The notes under the pieces are model-generated. The model did no database searches and was not told where the DNA came from. It was given only the letters and a program-made list of their open reading frames with translations. Positions 46,044 to 55,032 of a stretch of DNA of 64,000 bases are shown in pieces. How positions within the stretch are numbered: position 1 is the first letter of the stretch; each line of letters begins with the position of its first letter. Position numbers and translations under genes: made by a program. Location: positions 65,556-129,555 of the forward strand of contig JAWKSM010000002.1 of assembly GCA_041389065.1 (NCBI GenBank), in the 5' to 3' direction. The stretch is from Minisyncoccota bacterium. Lineage in GTDB: Bacteria > Patescibacteriota > Minisyncoccia > Phycocordibacterales > CSBR16-119.

Positions 46044-47108
46044 TTATAAAGAGGACACTTCTTTGTATTCGTCAAGAAAATCTTTTGTGTGTTTTTCAAT
46101 CTCTTCGTAATTTAAAGAGTCCATAAGTTTAATCCTAAGCTCTTTTGCACCTGGGAAATTATTAACGTAAGCTTTATAATGCTTTTTCATAATATTAAAA
46201 TTTTTGTACTGACCCAAATCTTCCACAAAAGTTCGTGTGTGTTCGAGCATTACTTCCAGTCTTTCTTTTACAGAAATTTCTTTTTTGTTTTCATCAAAAA
46301 GCCAAGGATTTCCAAAAATTGCGCGACCAAGCATCAATCCGTCCACGCCAGATTTTGTGGCTTTTTGTTTTCCGTCTTCCAAAGACAAGACATCGCCGTT
46401 TCCAATAACTAAAGTTTTAAGACCAGACTCACGTACAATTTCTACAACTCTTTTTATATCGTTCCATCTTGCTGAAACTTTCGACATTTCTTTTTTTGTT
46501 CTTCCGTGCATTGTTAAAACCGCAATCCCACAAGAAAGGATTTTCGGAACCCAAGTTTCGATTTCATTTTTATTAAACCCAAGCCGAGTTTTTACAGACA
46601 CAGGCAAATCACCCGCACCGCGTTTTACAGCTTTTATAATTCGGAGCGCTTTTTCTGGATCTCTTATTGCTCCTGCACCACAGCATTGTTTTATAATCGC
46701 CTTGTCGGGGCAACCCATATTTATATCAATTCCATCAAAACCAAGTTCTTTGCAAAGTTTTGCGGTTGCTTCCATATTTTCTTCATTTGATCCAAAAATC
46801 TGCGCGACTATCGGACGCTGAGTGTCTTCAAAAGCCAAATCAATCATGAGTTTGTCTTTGCCGGGAGAACAAAGTCCATCTGCAGAAACAAACTCAGTCC
46901 AAAAAACATCTGGTCCGCCACCTTCTTGTCCGTGCCGACTATACTTTGCAATCATTTTACGAAAAGCAATGTCGGTAACATCGGCCATTGGCGCCAAAAC
47001 AAAAAAAGGCTTTCTGTTTTTTGAAATATTTTCCCAAAAACCCAAATTTATAGAATCATTTAGATTTTTATCGTATTTGATTTTCTTTTTAAAAAAATTA
47101 AAAAACAT
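46044..47108 (-). CDS. dus: tRNA-dihydrouridine synthase
   Basis: 354 aa. It contains LAPMADVTD...FGSNEENM...DINMGCP...GAGA...KTRLG...HGRT. Confidence 0.9.
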   Translation of the reverse strand: MFFNFFKKKIKYDKNLNDSINLGFWENISKNRKPFFVLAPMADVTDIAFRKMIAKYSRHGQEGGGPDVFWTEFVSADGLCSPGKDKLMIDLAFEDTQRPIVAQIFGSNEENMEATAKLCKELGFDGIDINMGCPDKAIIKQCCGAGAIRDPEKALRIIKAVKRGAGDLPVSVKTRLGFNKNEIETWVPKILSCGIAVLTMHGRTKKEMSKVSARWNDIKRVVEIVRESGLKTLVIGNGDVLSLEDGKQKATKSGVDGLMLGRAIFGNPWLFDENKKEISVKERLEVMLEHTRTFVEDLGQYKNFNIMKKHYKAYVNNFPGAKELRIKLMDSLNYEEIEKHTKDFLDEYKEVSSL

Positions 47109-47111
47109 ATT

Positions 47112-47978
47112 TTACTCAGCAAATTTATAGAAAATTCTATTTGCAAATCTTGCGTCAATATACTCTAAACCATTTGGAGAATTTTCAAAATCTGTTTTAA
47201 ATGGATCTTCGTCGACAATAGAAATTAGCTTGTTATAAATTTCTTCAAGATTTTGATCTTCAGTAAAAAGAAGTTTTGCATAATCTCCGTGAATCGACGA
47301 AATATTAAACAAAAGCTCATATTGTCCACCGTCTAGCGCGACAAGCGAATGCACCGGAAAGCCGGCATCTTTAACACCTTTTATAAAAGATTCCAGATCT
47401 TTCAAAAAATCAAAATCTAAAATGTATTGACCTATTGGATTTTCATCTTCTATCTTTTTATAGAAAGTAAAATAAACCCCCGAAGAAAATTTTGGCGAAG
47501 TGTCAAAAATAAATCCGCTATTGTCCAAAAAATAGCAGTCTTCGTCCGAAGAAAGCCTGTCTCCGTATGCTGGCGGATTGTCTCCGCACCAAAGATGAGC
47601 TCTTTCACGTTCTGTTAAAGAAAAGTTAATAGAATTCCCTTCCAAAGAAGATTCTATTGTAAGTATTCGAGGAAATTCTTTTTTCAAACTGTTTTCAATA
47701 TTTTTCTTTGAAAGAATAAATTTGTTTTGTCCGAAAAAAAGAAGAAGTCTTTTTTTAGAAAGAAGAGAAAGTGTTTTTTTGCTAATATCTTCTTCTTTCA
47801 AAATTGTATTTCCTGATACGTTTACTTCTTTTATCAGCAAACTATCGATTCGTGAAAGAAACGAAAGTCCAATCACAAAAAAAATTAGGAACAAAAAATA
47901 CCAAAGAAGTTTTACAAAAGCTTTTTTTTGACGCTCGCGTGTAGCATTTGAGGTACTTGTTATTCTTTCTCGCATCAT
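47112..47978 (-). CDS. ftsQ: FtsQ-type (POTRA domain) cell-division protein
   Basis: 288 aa with an N-terminal TM, then the POTRA-like sequence IKEVNVSGNTILKEEDI. Confidence 0.6.
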   Translation of the reverse strand: MMRERITSTSNATRERQKKAFVKLLWYFLFLIFFVIGLSFLSRIDSLLIKEVNVSGNTILKEEDISKKTLSLLSKKRLLLFFGQNKFILSKKNIENSLKKEFPRILTIESSLEGNSINFSLTERERAHLWCGDNPPAYGDRLSSDEDCYFLDNSGFIFDTSPKFSSGVYFTFYKKIEDENPIGQYILDFDFLKDLESFIKGVKDAGFPVHSLVALDGGQYELLFNISSIHGDYAKLLFTEDQNLEEIYNKLISIVDEDPFKTDFENSPNGLEYIDARFANRIFYKFAE

Positions 47979-47983
47979 AAAAA

Positions 47984-49246
47984 CTAAGAAATTTTATCTT
48001 TTCCAAAATAAGGAACAAGAGCTTCTGGGATTTTGATTGAACCGTCTTCTTGTTGAAAATTTTCAACTAAAGAAACCAAAATTCTAGGAGTTGGAATAGC
48101 TGTACAGTTTAACGAGTGAGCAAAACGAATTTTTCCGTCTTCATCTTTATATCTGATGTTAAATCTTCGTGTTTGAAAATCATGGAAGTATGAAGCCGAA
48201 GAAATTTCTCTGTATTTTTGTTCACCAGGAACCCAAAGCTCAACATCGTATTTTTTAACTTGCCCAAGACCCAAATCTCCTCCGCAGTTCATCACAGTGT
48301 GATACGGAATTCCAAGAGACTCGATAAATTCTTCCGTATTTCTGTTTAACCATTCGTGAAAAGTTACAGAAGTTTCGTGACTTGCTTCACATAAAATAAC
48401 TTGTTCAACTTTGTAAAATTCGTGAACTCTGATCAAACCCTTTGTATCTTTTCCATGACTTCCCGCTTCTCTTCGATAACAAGGAGAAAATGCCAAAAAC
48501 TTTTTTGGTAAATCTGCTTTTGTTAGAACTTCGTTTGAGTAATATCCCATAACTGGAACTTCAGCCGTTCCTGATAGATAATCATCGTCTTGAGTTTCAA
48601 ACAAATCTTCGGCGTCGCCCGGCAAATGCCCTGTTCCAAAAAAATGTTCTTTTCTCGCGATAGCCGGAGCAATCATTGGGATAAAGCCACGCTTTCCAAA
48701 AAAATCCATCGCATATCTCCAAATAGCCATCGACAAAATCGCTCCGTCATTTTTTAAAAAGTAACCTCGAAAACCGTGAACTTTTGTCCCACGCTCAAAA
48801 TCAACCATATCGAGCTTTGTCATAATCTCAACATGATCTTTTGGTTTAAAATCGAAAATGGTTTTTTCTCCCCAAACTTTTACTTCTTTGTTGTCAGCAT
48901 CTGAATCTCCGTCTGGAACAGAAACGTCTGGAATGTTTGGAACTCTGAGCATCAAGCCTCTCCAAGTTTCCATAACTTCTTTCAAAGAGTCTTCACCTTT
49001 TTTCAAATCTTCTTTTAGAATTTGCATTTGTCTTATCAGCTCAGCTCTTTCTGATTCATCTTTTAGCTGTGGCATTCTTTCACTAACCAAATTTTGTTTT
49101 GCTCGAAGACGTTCAACTTCAGCCAAAAGAACCAGACGTTCATCGTCTGACTTTATTAGTTCGTTTATATCGAGCTTCACTTTCTTTTTCTTTATAGCCA
49201 GCTCTACGAGGTCTTTATTTTCGCGAATAAATTTGATATCTAACAT
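47984..49246 (-). CDS. serS: seryl-tRNA synthetase
   Basis: The ATG at 49246 starts MLDIKFIRENKDLV, followed by a coiled-coil arm. The class II motifs are FRGYFL and GLIRVHEF...SSASYF. The track ORF extends 36 codons further upstream. Confidence 0.93.
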   Translation of the reverse strand: MLDIKFIRENKDLVELAIKKKKVKLDINELIKSDDERLVLLAEVERLRAKQNLVSERMPQLKDESERAELIRQMQILKEDLKKGEDSLKEVMETWRGLMLRVPNIPDVSVPDGDSDADNKEVKVWGEKTIFDFKPKDHVEIMTKLDMVDFERGTKVHGFRGYFLKNDGAILSMAIWRYAMDFFGKRGFIPMIAPAIARKEHFFGTGHLPGDAEDLFETQDDDYLSGTAEVPVMGYYSNEVLTKADLPKKFLAFSPCYRREAGSHGKDTKGLIRVHEFYKVEQVILCEASHETSVTFHEWLNRNTEEFIESLGIPYHTVMNCGGDLGLGQVKKYDVELWVPGEQKYREISSASYFHDFQTRRFNIRYKDEDGKIRFAHSLNCTAIPTPRILVSLVENFQQEDGSIKIPEALVPYFGKDKIS

Positions 49247-49284
49247 GTCCTGTATTATACAAAAAATGATACAATTTAGGAAGT

Positions 49285-50130
49285 ATGTTTCCCATCGAAA
49301 AATTAAATAAAATCCCCTATCGTTTGCAGGAAATCGGCGACCCTCCAAAATCACTCTATATTCAAGGCGAATTCCCAGACGAAGAAATGAAATTTTTAAT
49401 GGTTGTGGGATCTCGAAAACACAGCACTTATGGGAAAATGGTTTGTGAAAAGTTGATAGAAAAACTTGCAGGCTACCCTATTGTTATTGTTTCTGGGATG
49501 GCGCTCGGTATCGATGCTATTGCTCACGAAAGTGCAATTCGTGCAGGGCTAAAGACAATCGCAATCCCAGGATCAGGGCTTGATAAAAAAGTTCTATATC
49601 CAAAAAGCAACTTCAACCTTTCTAAAAAGATTTTAGAATCTGGTGGATGTCTTTTGTCTGAATTCGAGCCAGAATTCAAGGCAACAAATTGGAGCTTTAT
49701 AAAAAGAAACAGGATTGGTGCCGGATTATCGGATGCCGTTCTGCTGATAGAAGCAGAAGAAAAATCTGGAACACTGACCAGCGCAAGGTTCGCTATAGAC
49801 TACAATCGTGAAGTTATGGTGATTCCAGGAAATATAAACTCACCAACATCAAAAGGCACAAATAACCTTTTACGTGACGGCGCGACTCCAGTTTTAAAAA
49901 GTAAAGATATTTTAGAAGTGCTCGGACTTTCTGTAAAAGAAGAAAAAGAAGTTTTAGTAAATTTACCCGAAGAAGAAAGTTTGGTTTATGGAATCCTAAC
50001 CGAACCAAAGTCAAAAGAAGAGATTTGTGAGGAGTTGGATAAAAATATAAAAGATATAAATGTTTTGGTTTCAATGCTCGAACTTCGCGGACTTGTAAAA
50101 GAAAATGATGGAAAAATTGAAAGAATTTAA
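49285..50130 (+). CDS. dprA: DNA processing protein DprA/Smf
   Basis: 281 aa. It contains VVGSRKHSTYG...IVSGMALGIDAIAHE...KRNRIGAGLSDAVLLIEAEEKSGTL. Confidence 0.9.
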   Translation: MFPIEKLNKIPYRLQEIGDPPKSLYIQGEFPDEEMKFLMVVGSRKHSTYGKMVCEKLIEKLAGYPIVIVSGMALGIDAIAHESAIRAGLKTIAIPGSGLDKKVLYPKSNFNLSKKILESGGCLLSEFEPEFKATNWSFIKRNRIGAGLSDAVLLIEAEEKSGTLTSARFAIDYNREVMVIPGNINSPTSKGTNNLLRDGATPVLKSKDILEVLGLSVKEEKEVLVNLPEEESLVYGILTEPKSKEEICEELDKNIKDINVLVSMLELRGLVKENDGKIERI

Positions 50131-50187
50131 GACTATTGACGAACCAGAGCTAAATGTGTAAGGTTGTATAAACCAATACATGTTCCA

Positions 50188-50523
50188 ATGAAAAGCGAAA
50201 CCAGCGTGCTTATGATAGTAAGCTACGAAACCCCAAAGATCATCATAGATGGTAAGGAAGCAGAGATCAGAAGTAGAATGGAGATAATTCGGGTTTTAGA
50301 AATACGAATGTATGAACACCAGATAACAATCTCTTCTGAGGGCTCGACAACAGAAATAACTCTTACGGAAGTCGAGCCACCAATGATGACACTTATGAGA
50401 GCTATAAAAAATTATATGGATAGGGAAAAACATTTGGTTGTCGTTTACGCAAACAGGCCGGTGAAAGATTGGGTGTGTTTACAGGCAAGTATGAATTTTC
50501 AAGATGTTCACAATATCGATTAA
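50188..50523 (+). CDS. hypothetical protein between dprA and topA
   Basis: Track ORF 50164..50523 has a TTG start, and the first ATG is at 50188 (MKSETSVLMIV...). Its own terminator follows. No family recognised. Confidence 0.4.
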   Translation: MKSETSVLMIVSYETPKIIIDGKEAEIRSRMEIIRVLEIRMYEHQITISSEGSTTEITLTEVEPPMMTLMRAIKNYMDREKHLVVVYANRPVKDWVCLQASMNFQDVHNID

Positions 50524-50524
50524 T

Positions 50525-50546
50525 ATGGGCGGGAATTTCCCGCCCA
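50525..50546 (+). terminator. perfect-palindrome terminator
   Basis: ATGGGCGGGAA/TTCCCGCCCAT. Confidence 0.65.
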
Positions 50547-50600
50547 TTTATGTCCCCAGTTTGCATAAATTAAAAATTCGTAGTATTACTGTATCAATAT

Positions 50601-52775
50601 ATGAAACTATTAATAGTAGAGTCACCATCGAAAGCAAAGACTATAGAAAAGTACTTGGACAACAAGTACACTGTTCGTGCGTCTGTTGGACATATCAGAG
50701 ATTTGCCAAAATCAAACAAAAAAGCCGTTGATATTAGAAACGGATTTAAACCAACATACGAAATATCACCTCTTAAAAAGAAGGTTGTTGATGAACTTAA
50801 AAAAATCGCGAACAAGGCAGATGAAGTTGTTCTTGCAACCGACCTCGACCGCGAAGGTGAAGCTATTGCTTGGCACCTCGAAGAAACACTTGGACTTAAA
50901 AACCCAAAGAGAATTGTCTTCAACGAAATTACAGAAAGCGCGATCAAAGAGGCGCTTCTTCATCCACGAGAAGTTGATATAAATTTAAAAAACGCCCAAG
51001 AAGCTCGCCGAGTTTTAGACAGGCTTTTTGGATACGATCTTTCTGGACTTATTTGGAAAAAAGTTAGATATGGACTTTCAGCAGGTCGTGTTCAATCCCC
51101 TGCTCTTCGGATTATCATGGAACGCGAAAGAGAAATTCGTGCTTTCAAACCTGAAAACTATTATGTGCTTTCTGCACTTTTAAAAGGGGGTGGCGACGAA
51201 ATGCTTTTTACTTGTGACAAAGAAATTTGGGACAAAAAAGAAGCAGAAGAAATTTTCGAAAATGCAAAAGTTGGAAAATGGTCTGTTGTATCTATTAAAG
51301 AAACTGAAGCGGCTCGCGCACCAAGACCACCGTTTACAACATCGACAATGCAACAAGTTGCTTCGACGCGTCTTGGCTTTGCACCATCTCGAACAATGGG
51401 CGTGGCTCAAAAACTTTACGAAAAAGGTTTGATCACATACATGAGAACTGACAGCACAAATCTTTCAAAATCGGCCCAAATGCAAATGGTTAAATACGTG
51501 GAAGAAAACTTCGGCAAAGAATACGCCAAAGCAAACTTCTATTCAAAAAAATCTAAAAACGCTCAAGAGGCTCACGAAGCTATCAGACCAACAAACCCGG
51601 CGCGACCAGCTCTTGGAACAACAGAAGATGAGAAAAAGCTTTACACTTTGATTTGGGAAAGAGCGATTTCTTCACAAATGACTCCAGCAAAAATCCTTCG
51701 AACAAAAGTTTCTGCAAATATTTCTGATGGTAAAATTCCAAACTTTTCTATAAACGGATCTCGAATACTTTTCCCGGGCTGGCTTGCGGTAGACAAAAGA
51801 TCTCGAGGTGAAGATGTTGAAGTTCCAAAACTTTCTGAAAAAGACTCTTTGACTTTAACAAAAGCAAATATGGAAGAAAAAGAAACTCTTCCACCTGGAA
51901 GATATACAGAAGCTGGACTTATCAAAGAACTTGAAAAAAGAGATATTGGAAGACCTTCAACATATGCTTCGATAATCAAAACAATTGTTGACAGAGGTTA
52001 CGTGATGAAAGAAGGAAGAACTCTTATCCCAACAGACACGGGCGATGTCGTTTCTACTTTCATTGAAAATAATTTTGGAAACTATATTTCTGATTCTTTC
52101 ACCGCTGAAATGGAAAGCGAGTTAGACGAAATCGCTGTTGGAAAAAGAACTTATGTAAAAACTCTTGAAGATTTTTATGGACCATTTACAAAAGCTTTAA
52201 AAGAAAAAGATGGAATAGAAAAACTGACAAATATTGGAGACGCACCGGCAGAATTCCCTTGCCCAATTTGCGGTAAAAAAATGGTTTACAAGCTTTCAAA
52301 AAATGGAAAGTTTATGAGTTGTTCTGACTTCCCTAATTGCACTGGTGCGCGAACAGAAGAAGGAAAAGAACTTGAGCCACCAAAAGAAATCGGCGAAACT
52401 TGTCCTGATTGCGGAGAAAAACACGGCGGGAAACTCGTTCTTCGAGAAGGACGATTTGGAATGTTTATATCTTGCTCAAGATATCCAAAATGTAAATTTA
52501 TAAAAGAAGATGAAGAAGAGGCAAAGAAAAAAAGAACTGGTGTAAAATGCACCGATTGTAAAGAAGGAGAAATGGTAGAACTACGTGGAAGATTTGGAAT
52601 TTTCTATTCTTGTTCAAATTATCCAGATTGTAAAAATGCCATAAAAGCAAAACCGACTGGAAAATTGTGCGAAATGTGCGGAAAACTCATGATGGAAGGG
52701 ACGAAGACAATCCCCGAACGTTGTAGCGATAAGAAATGTGCAATGCACAACCTCATAAATTACAGAAGTAATTAG
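50601..52775 (+). CDS. topA: DNA topoisomerase I
   Basis: 724 aa. The TOPRIM sequence is LLIVESPSKAKTI...ATDLDREGEAI and the catalytic region is TYMRTDS. Several C-terminal C4 zinc ribbons follow (CPICG...CSDFPNC, CPDCG...CSRYPKC, CTDC...CSNYPDC). Confidence 0.95.
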   Translation: MKLLIVESPSKAKTIEKYLDNKYTVRASVGHIRDLPKSNKKAVDIRNGFKPTYEISPLKKKVVDELKKIANKADEVVLATDLDREGEAIAWHLEETLGLKNPKRIVFNEITESAIKEALLHPREVDINLKNAQEARRVLDRLFGYDLSGLIWKKVRYGLSAGRVQSPALRIIMEREREIRAFKPENYYVLSALLKGGGDEMLFTCDKEIWDKKEAEEIFENAKVGKWSVVSIKETEAARAPRPPFTTSTMQQVASTRLGFAPSRTMGVAQKLYEKGLITYMRTDSTNLSKSAQMQMVKYVEENFGKEYAKANFYSKKSKNAQEAHEAIRPTNPARPALGTTEDEKKLYTLIWERAISSQMTPAKILRTKVSANISDGKIPNFSINGSRILFPGWLAVDKRSRGEDVEVPKLSEKDSLTLTKANMEEKETLPPGRYTEAGLIKELEKRDIGRPSTYASIIKTIVDRGYVMKEGRTLIPTDTGDVVSTFIENNFGNYISDSFTAEMESELDEIAVGKRTYVKTLEDFYGPFTKALKEKDGIEKLTNIGDAPAEFPCPICGKKMVYKLSKNGKFMSCSDFPNCTGARTEEGKELEPPKEIGETCPDCGEKHGGKLVLREGRFGMFISCSRYPKCKFIKEDEEEAKKKRTGVKCTDCKEGEMVELRGRFGIFYSCSNYPDCKNAIKAKPTGKLCEMCGKLMMEGTKTIPERCSDKKCAMHNLINYRSN

Positions 52776-52887
52776 TAAAGCATGCAAATTTCTTTGCATG
52801 CGATGATTGTCTTCGTCAGGCGCAGGTATATTTTGTTTTGCTAAGCAGAGGCAAAAATACCGAGCCGGGGTCAAAATTTACGTCAGT

Positions 52888-52979
52888 AAATTTATGTGTG
52901 ACCAAAAACCATACCAGAAAGATGCTCTGATAAAAAATGTCCTAACCATAATCCTCATAAATTAGAAGCTAAAAAATAA
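52888..52979 (+). pseudogene. diverged second copy of the topA 3' end
   Basis: It reads KFMC, then a 2-nt offset, then PKTIPERCSDKKCPNHNPHKLEAKK with a stop. The topA end reads KLMMEGTKTIPERCSDKKCAMHNLINYRSN. The copies differ by synonymous codon swaps (AGC/TCT, CGT/AGA). Confidence 0.55.
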
Positions 52980-52983
52980 AAGA

Positions 52984-53008
52984 AAATCCACCATTATAGG
53001 TGGATTTT
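52984..53008 (+). terminator. rho-independent terminator
   Basis: AAAATCCACC-ATTATA-GGTGGATTTT followed by CTTTTATTTT. Confidence 0.7.
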
Positions 53009-53063
53009 CTTTTATTTTAAGCAAAACTTGCAATAAAAAATCAATGGTTGTAGAATATAATTA

Positions 53064-53295
53064 TCCGCCCACTGTGGTTAGATAGCAGAACGACTGGTGA
53101 GGAGGAAGACTGCGAGAGAAGAGACAAGTGTCACGTAAGATAGGCCTTAGTGGTGGTGGGCTGACGACTGCGTGTAGCTTGTTTCTTCTCGAGCAGTAAA
53201 ATGTTCTTTAATGCAATCGCAAATTTACGAGATAAGAAATTCTTATCGTTTGGCTCATAGCCGATTCACGTCCACCCCAACGGGTGGATTTTGCT
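53064..53295 (+). ncRNA. candidate structured small RNA, class unassigned
   Basis: Its promoter is TTGCAA (53028-53033), N17, TAGAAT (53051-53056), and its terminator is TCCACCC-CAAC-GGGTGGA plus TTTTGCTTTT (53271-53295). No ORF is present. It contains a 19-position helix, 53110-53128 with 53178-53196, with 17 pairs. It is GC-richer than the flanks. Confidence 0.4.
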
Positions 53296-53304
53296 TTTAT
53301 ATGT

Positions 53305-55029
53305 TTACGACATTGTGTGAAGTTCGTCTTCACTTCCCTGCACCACAGGAGTTTTCCAAAACTTTTTCTTGCTTAGAACTTTTTCAATTTGTGCCATTTG
53401 TTCATTTTTCAAAACTTTAAGAACAACATAGCCAGAACAGATACCAAGAACTCCAGAGAAAAATCCTTGTCCCAATATTCCCCAAAAAGTATTTATATTT
53501 AAAAAGTTATCAAAAACATTTAAGAATGAATATGCGACATAGCCCATAAAAAATGCACCGGCAAAACTTTGGAAAAATGATTTTAACAAGAAAGAATCTT
53601 TTTCATCTTTAACTTTAAAGTCACTTCTAAAATTTATCCAAAGGAAAAATGCGTTTAGTATTGATCCCAAAGAATACGCGAGCGGTAACATTACAATTTC
53701 TGAGTGATTAATATTTTCAATTCGAAGAAGGCTTTCGAAAAAATATCTAAACAGTTCGCTATTTTTAAAAATATGAACAAAATAAAAAGCAGAAATAATT
53801 GTTATTAAAGTAGAAAAAATATTTATATAAAGTGGCTTTTTTGTGTTTCCGGCAGCGTAGTAACCACGAGTGAACAAAAGTATCAAGCTTTGTGCAGAAA
53901 TCGAAATAGCAAAGAGTGCGAGTGACGCGGCAGTAAGCCTGGTGTCGTCCCAAGAAAAGCTTCCTGTTCCCAAAATAACACGGACGATTTGCGCACGTAA
54001 AACTATAAACAAAAACATTACTGGAAGTGACCAGAAAATAATCTGTCGTGCAGCAAGTGCAATATAAGAAACGAATTCGCTCATTTTTTGACCTTGGAAA
54101 AATCTTGCCAACGTTGGAAAAGCTGCAACAGAATAAGAAATCCCGATAATCCCGAGTGGAACATTTTGCAAATTCAAAGAAAATTGAAAAGTGGAAATCG
54201 CACCTTCACCAATAAGCGAAGCTATCGCCACGATAGCTATTAAAGAAATCGTACTGAGAGAAAGCCCGATAGTTCTTGGAAGCGAAGTCAGAATCATTTC
54301 TTTTAGGTCAGTCCAATTTACTTTAAAAGAAATCGCTGGGAAAAAGTGATGTTTTAACAAAACTGGAAACTGTATCAACATGTGAAGAAAAGCACCAAGA
54401 ACAACTCCGGCAGCAAGCCCTGGCAAACCCCACACAGGGTAAAAGAAAATAATCCCCAAAATTATTCCAAGATTATAGAAAAGTGGACTTAGTGCAAAAA
54501 TAAAAAACTTTTTGAACATTTGTGTGACAGATCCAAAAAGATTTGAAAGACCAAGAAAAATTGGCGAAAGAATCATTATTCTACTAAGTAAAATAAGGTC
54601 TTTTAGCTCATTACCAGAAAATCCAGGAGCAACAATCTTCACAAGGCTCGGCATAAAAATAAGACATAGAAAAGAAACGACGATCATCGCAAAAAGAAAA
54701 ACTGTAAATGTGTCGTTTAAAAATTTTCTTGCTTTGACGCTGTTACCGTTCAATTCTCCATCTTCTTTAACGCCAAGTTTTTCTACAAGAAACGGCAAAA
54801 GAACTGTCACCGAAGCCAAAGATGCAACCGAAACAAAAATAAAATCTGGAATACGAAAAGCTGCGTAGTAAACGTCGAGCGAACTCGATGGACCAAGCTG
54901 ATGAGCGAACATTCTGTCACGCACAAGACCCAAAACTTGAGAAAGCAAAGTAAAAAAGCCCAAAATAATCGCGGCTTGATTTATGTTAGAAAATTCTCTT
55001 TGCAATAAACTAAAAACTCTTTTTACCAT
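53305..55029 (-). CDS. murJ: lipid II flippase MurJ (MviN)
   Basis: 574 aa with about 14 TM helices. The N-terminus is AAIILGFFTLLSQVLGLVRDRMFAHQLG...DVYYAAFRIPDF. Confidence 0.9.
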   Translation of the reverse strand: MVKRVFSLLQREFSNINQAAIILGFFTLLSQVLGLVRDRMFAHQLGPSSSLDVYYAAFRIPDFIFVSVASLASVTVLLPFLVEKLGVKEDGELNGNSVKARKFLNDTFTVFLFAMIVVSFLCLIFMPSLVKIVAPGFSGNELKDLILLSRIMILSPIFLGLSNLFGSVTQMFKKFFIFALSPLFYNLGIILGIIFFYPVWGLPGLAAGVVLGAFLHMLIQFPVLLKHHFFPAISFKVNWTDLKEMILTSLPRTIGLSLSTISLIAIVAIASLIGEGAISTFQFSLNLQNVPLGIIGISYSVAAFPTLARFFQGQKMSEFVSYIALAARQIIFWSLPVMFLFIVLRAQIVRVILGTGSFSWDDTRLTAASLALFAISISAQSLILLFTRGYYAAGNTKKPLYINIFSTLITIISAFYFVHIFKNSELFRYFFESLLRIENINHSEIVMLPLAYSLGSILNAFFLWINFRSDFKVKDEKDSFLLKSFFQSFAGAFFMGYVAYSFLNVFDNFLNINTFWGILGQGFFSGVLGICSGYVVLKVLKNEQMAQIEKVLSKKKFWKTPVVQGSEDELHTMS

Positions 55030-55032
55030 AGA

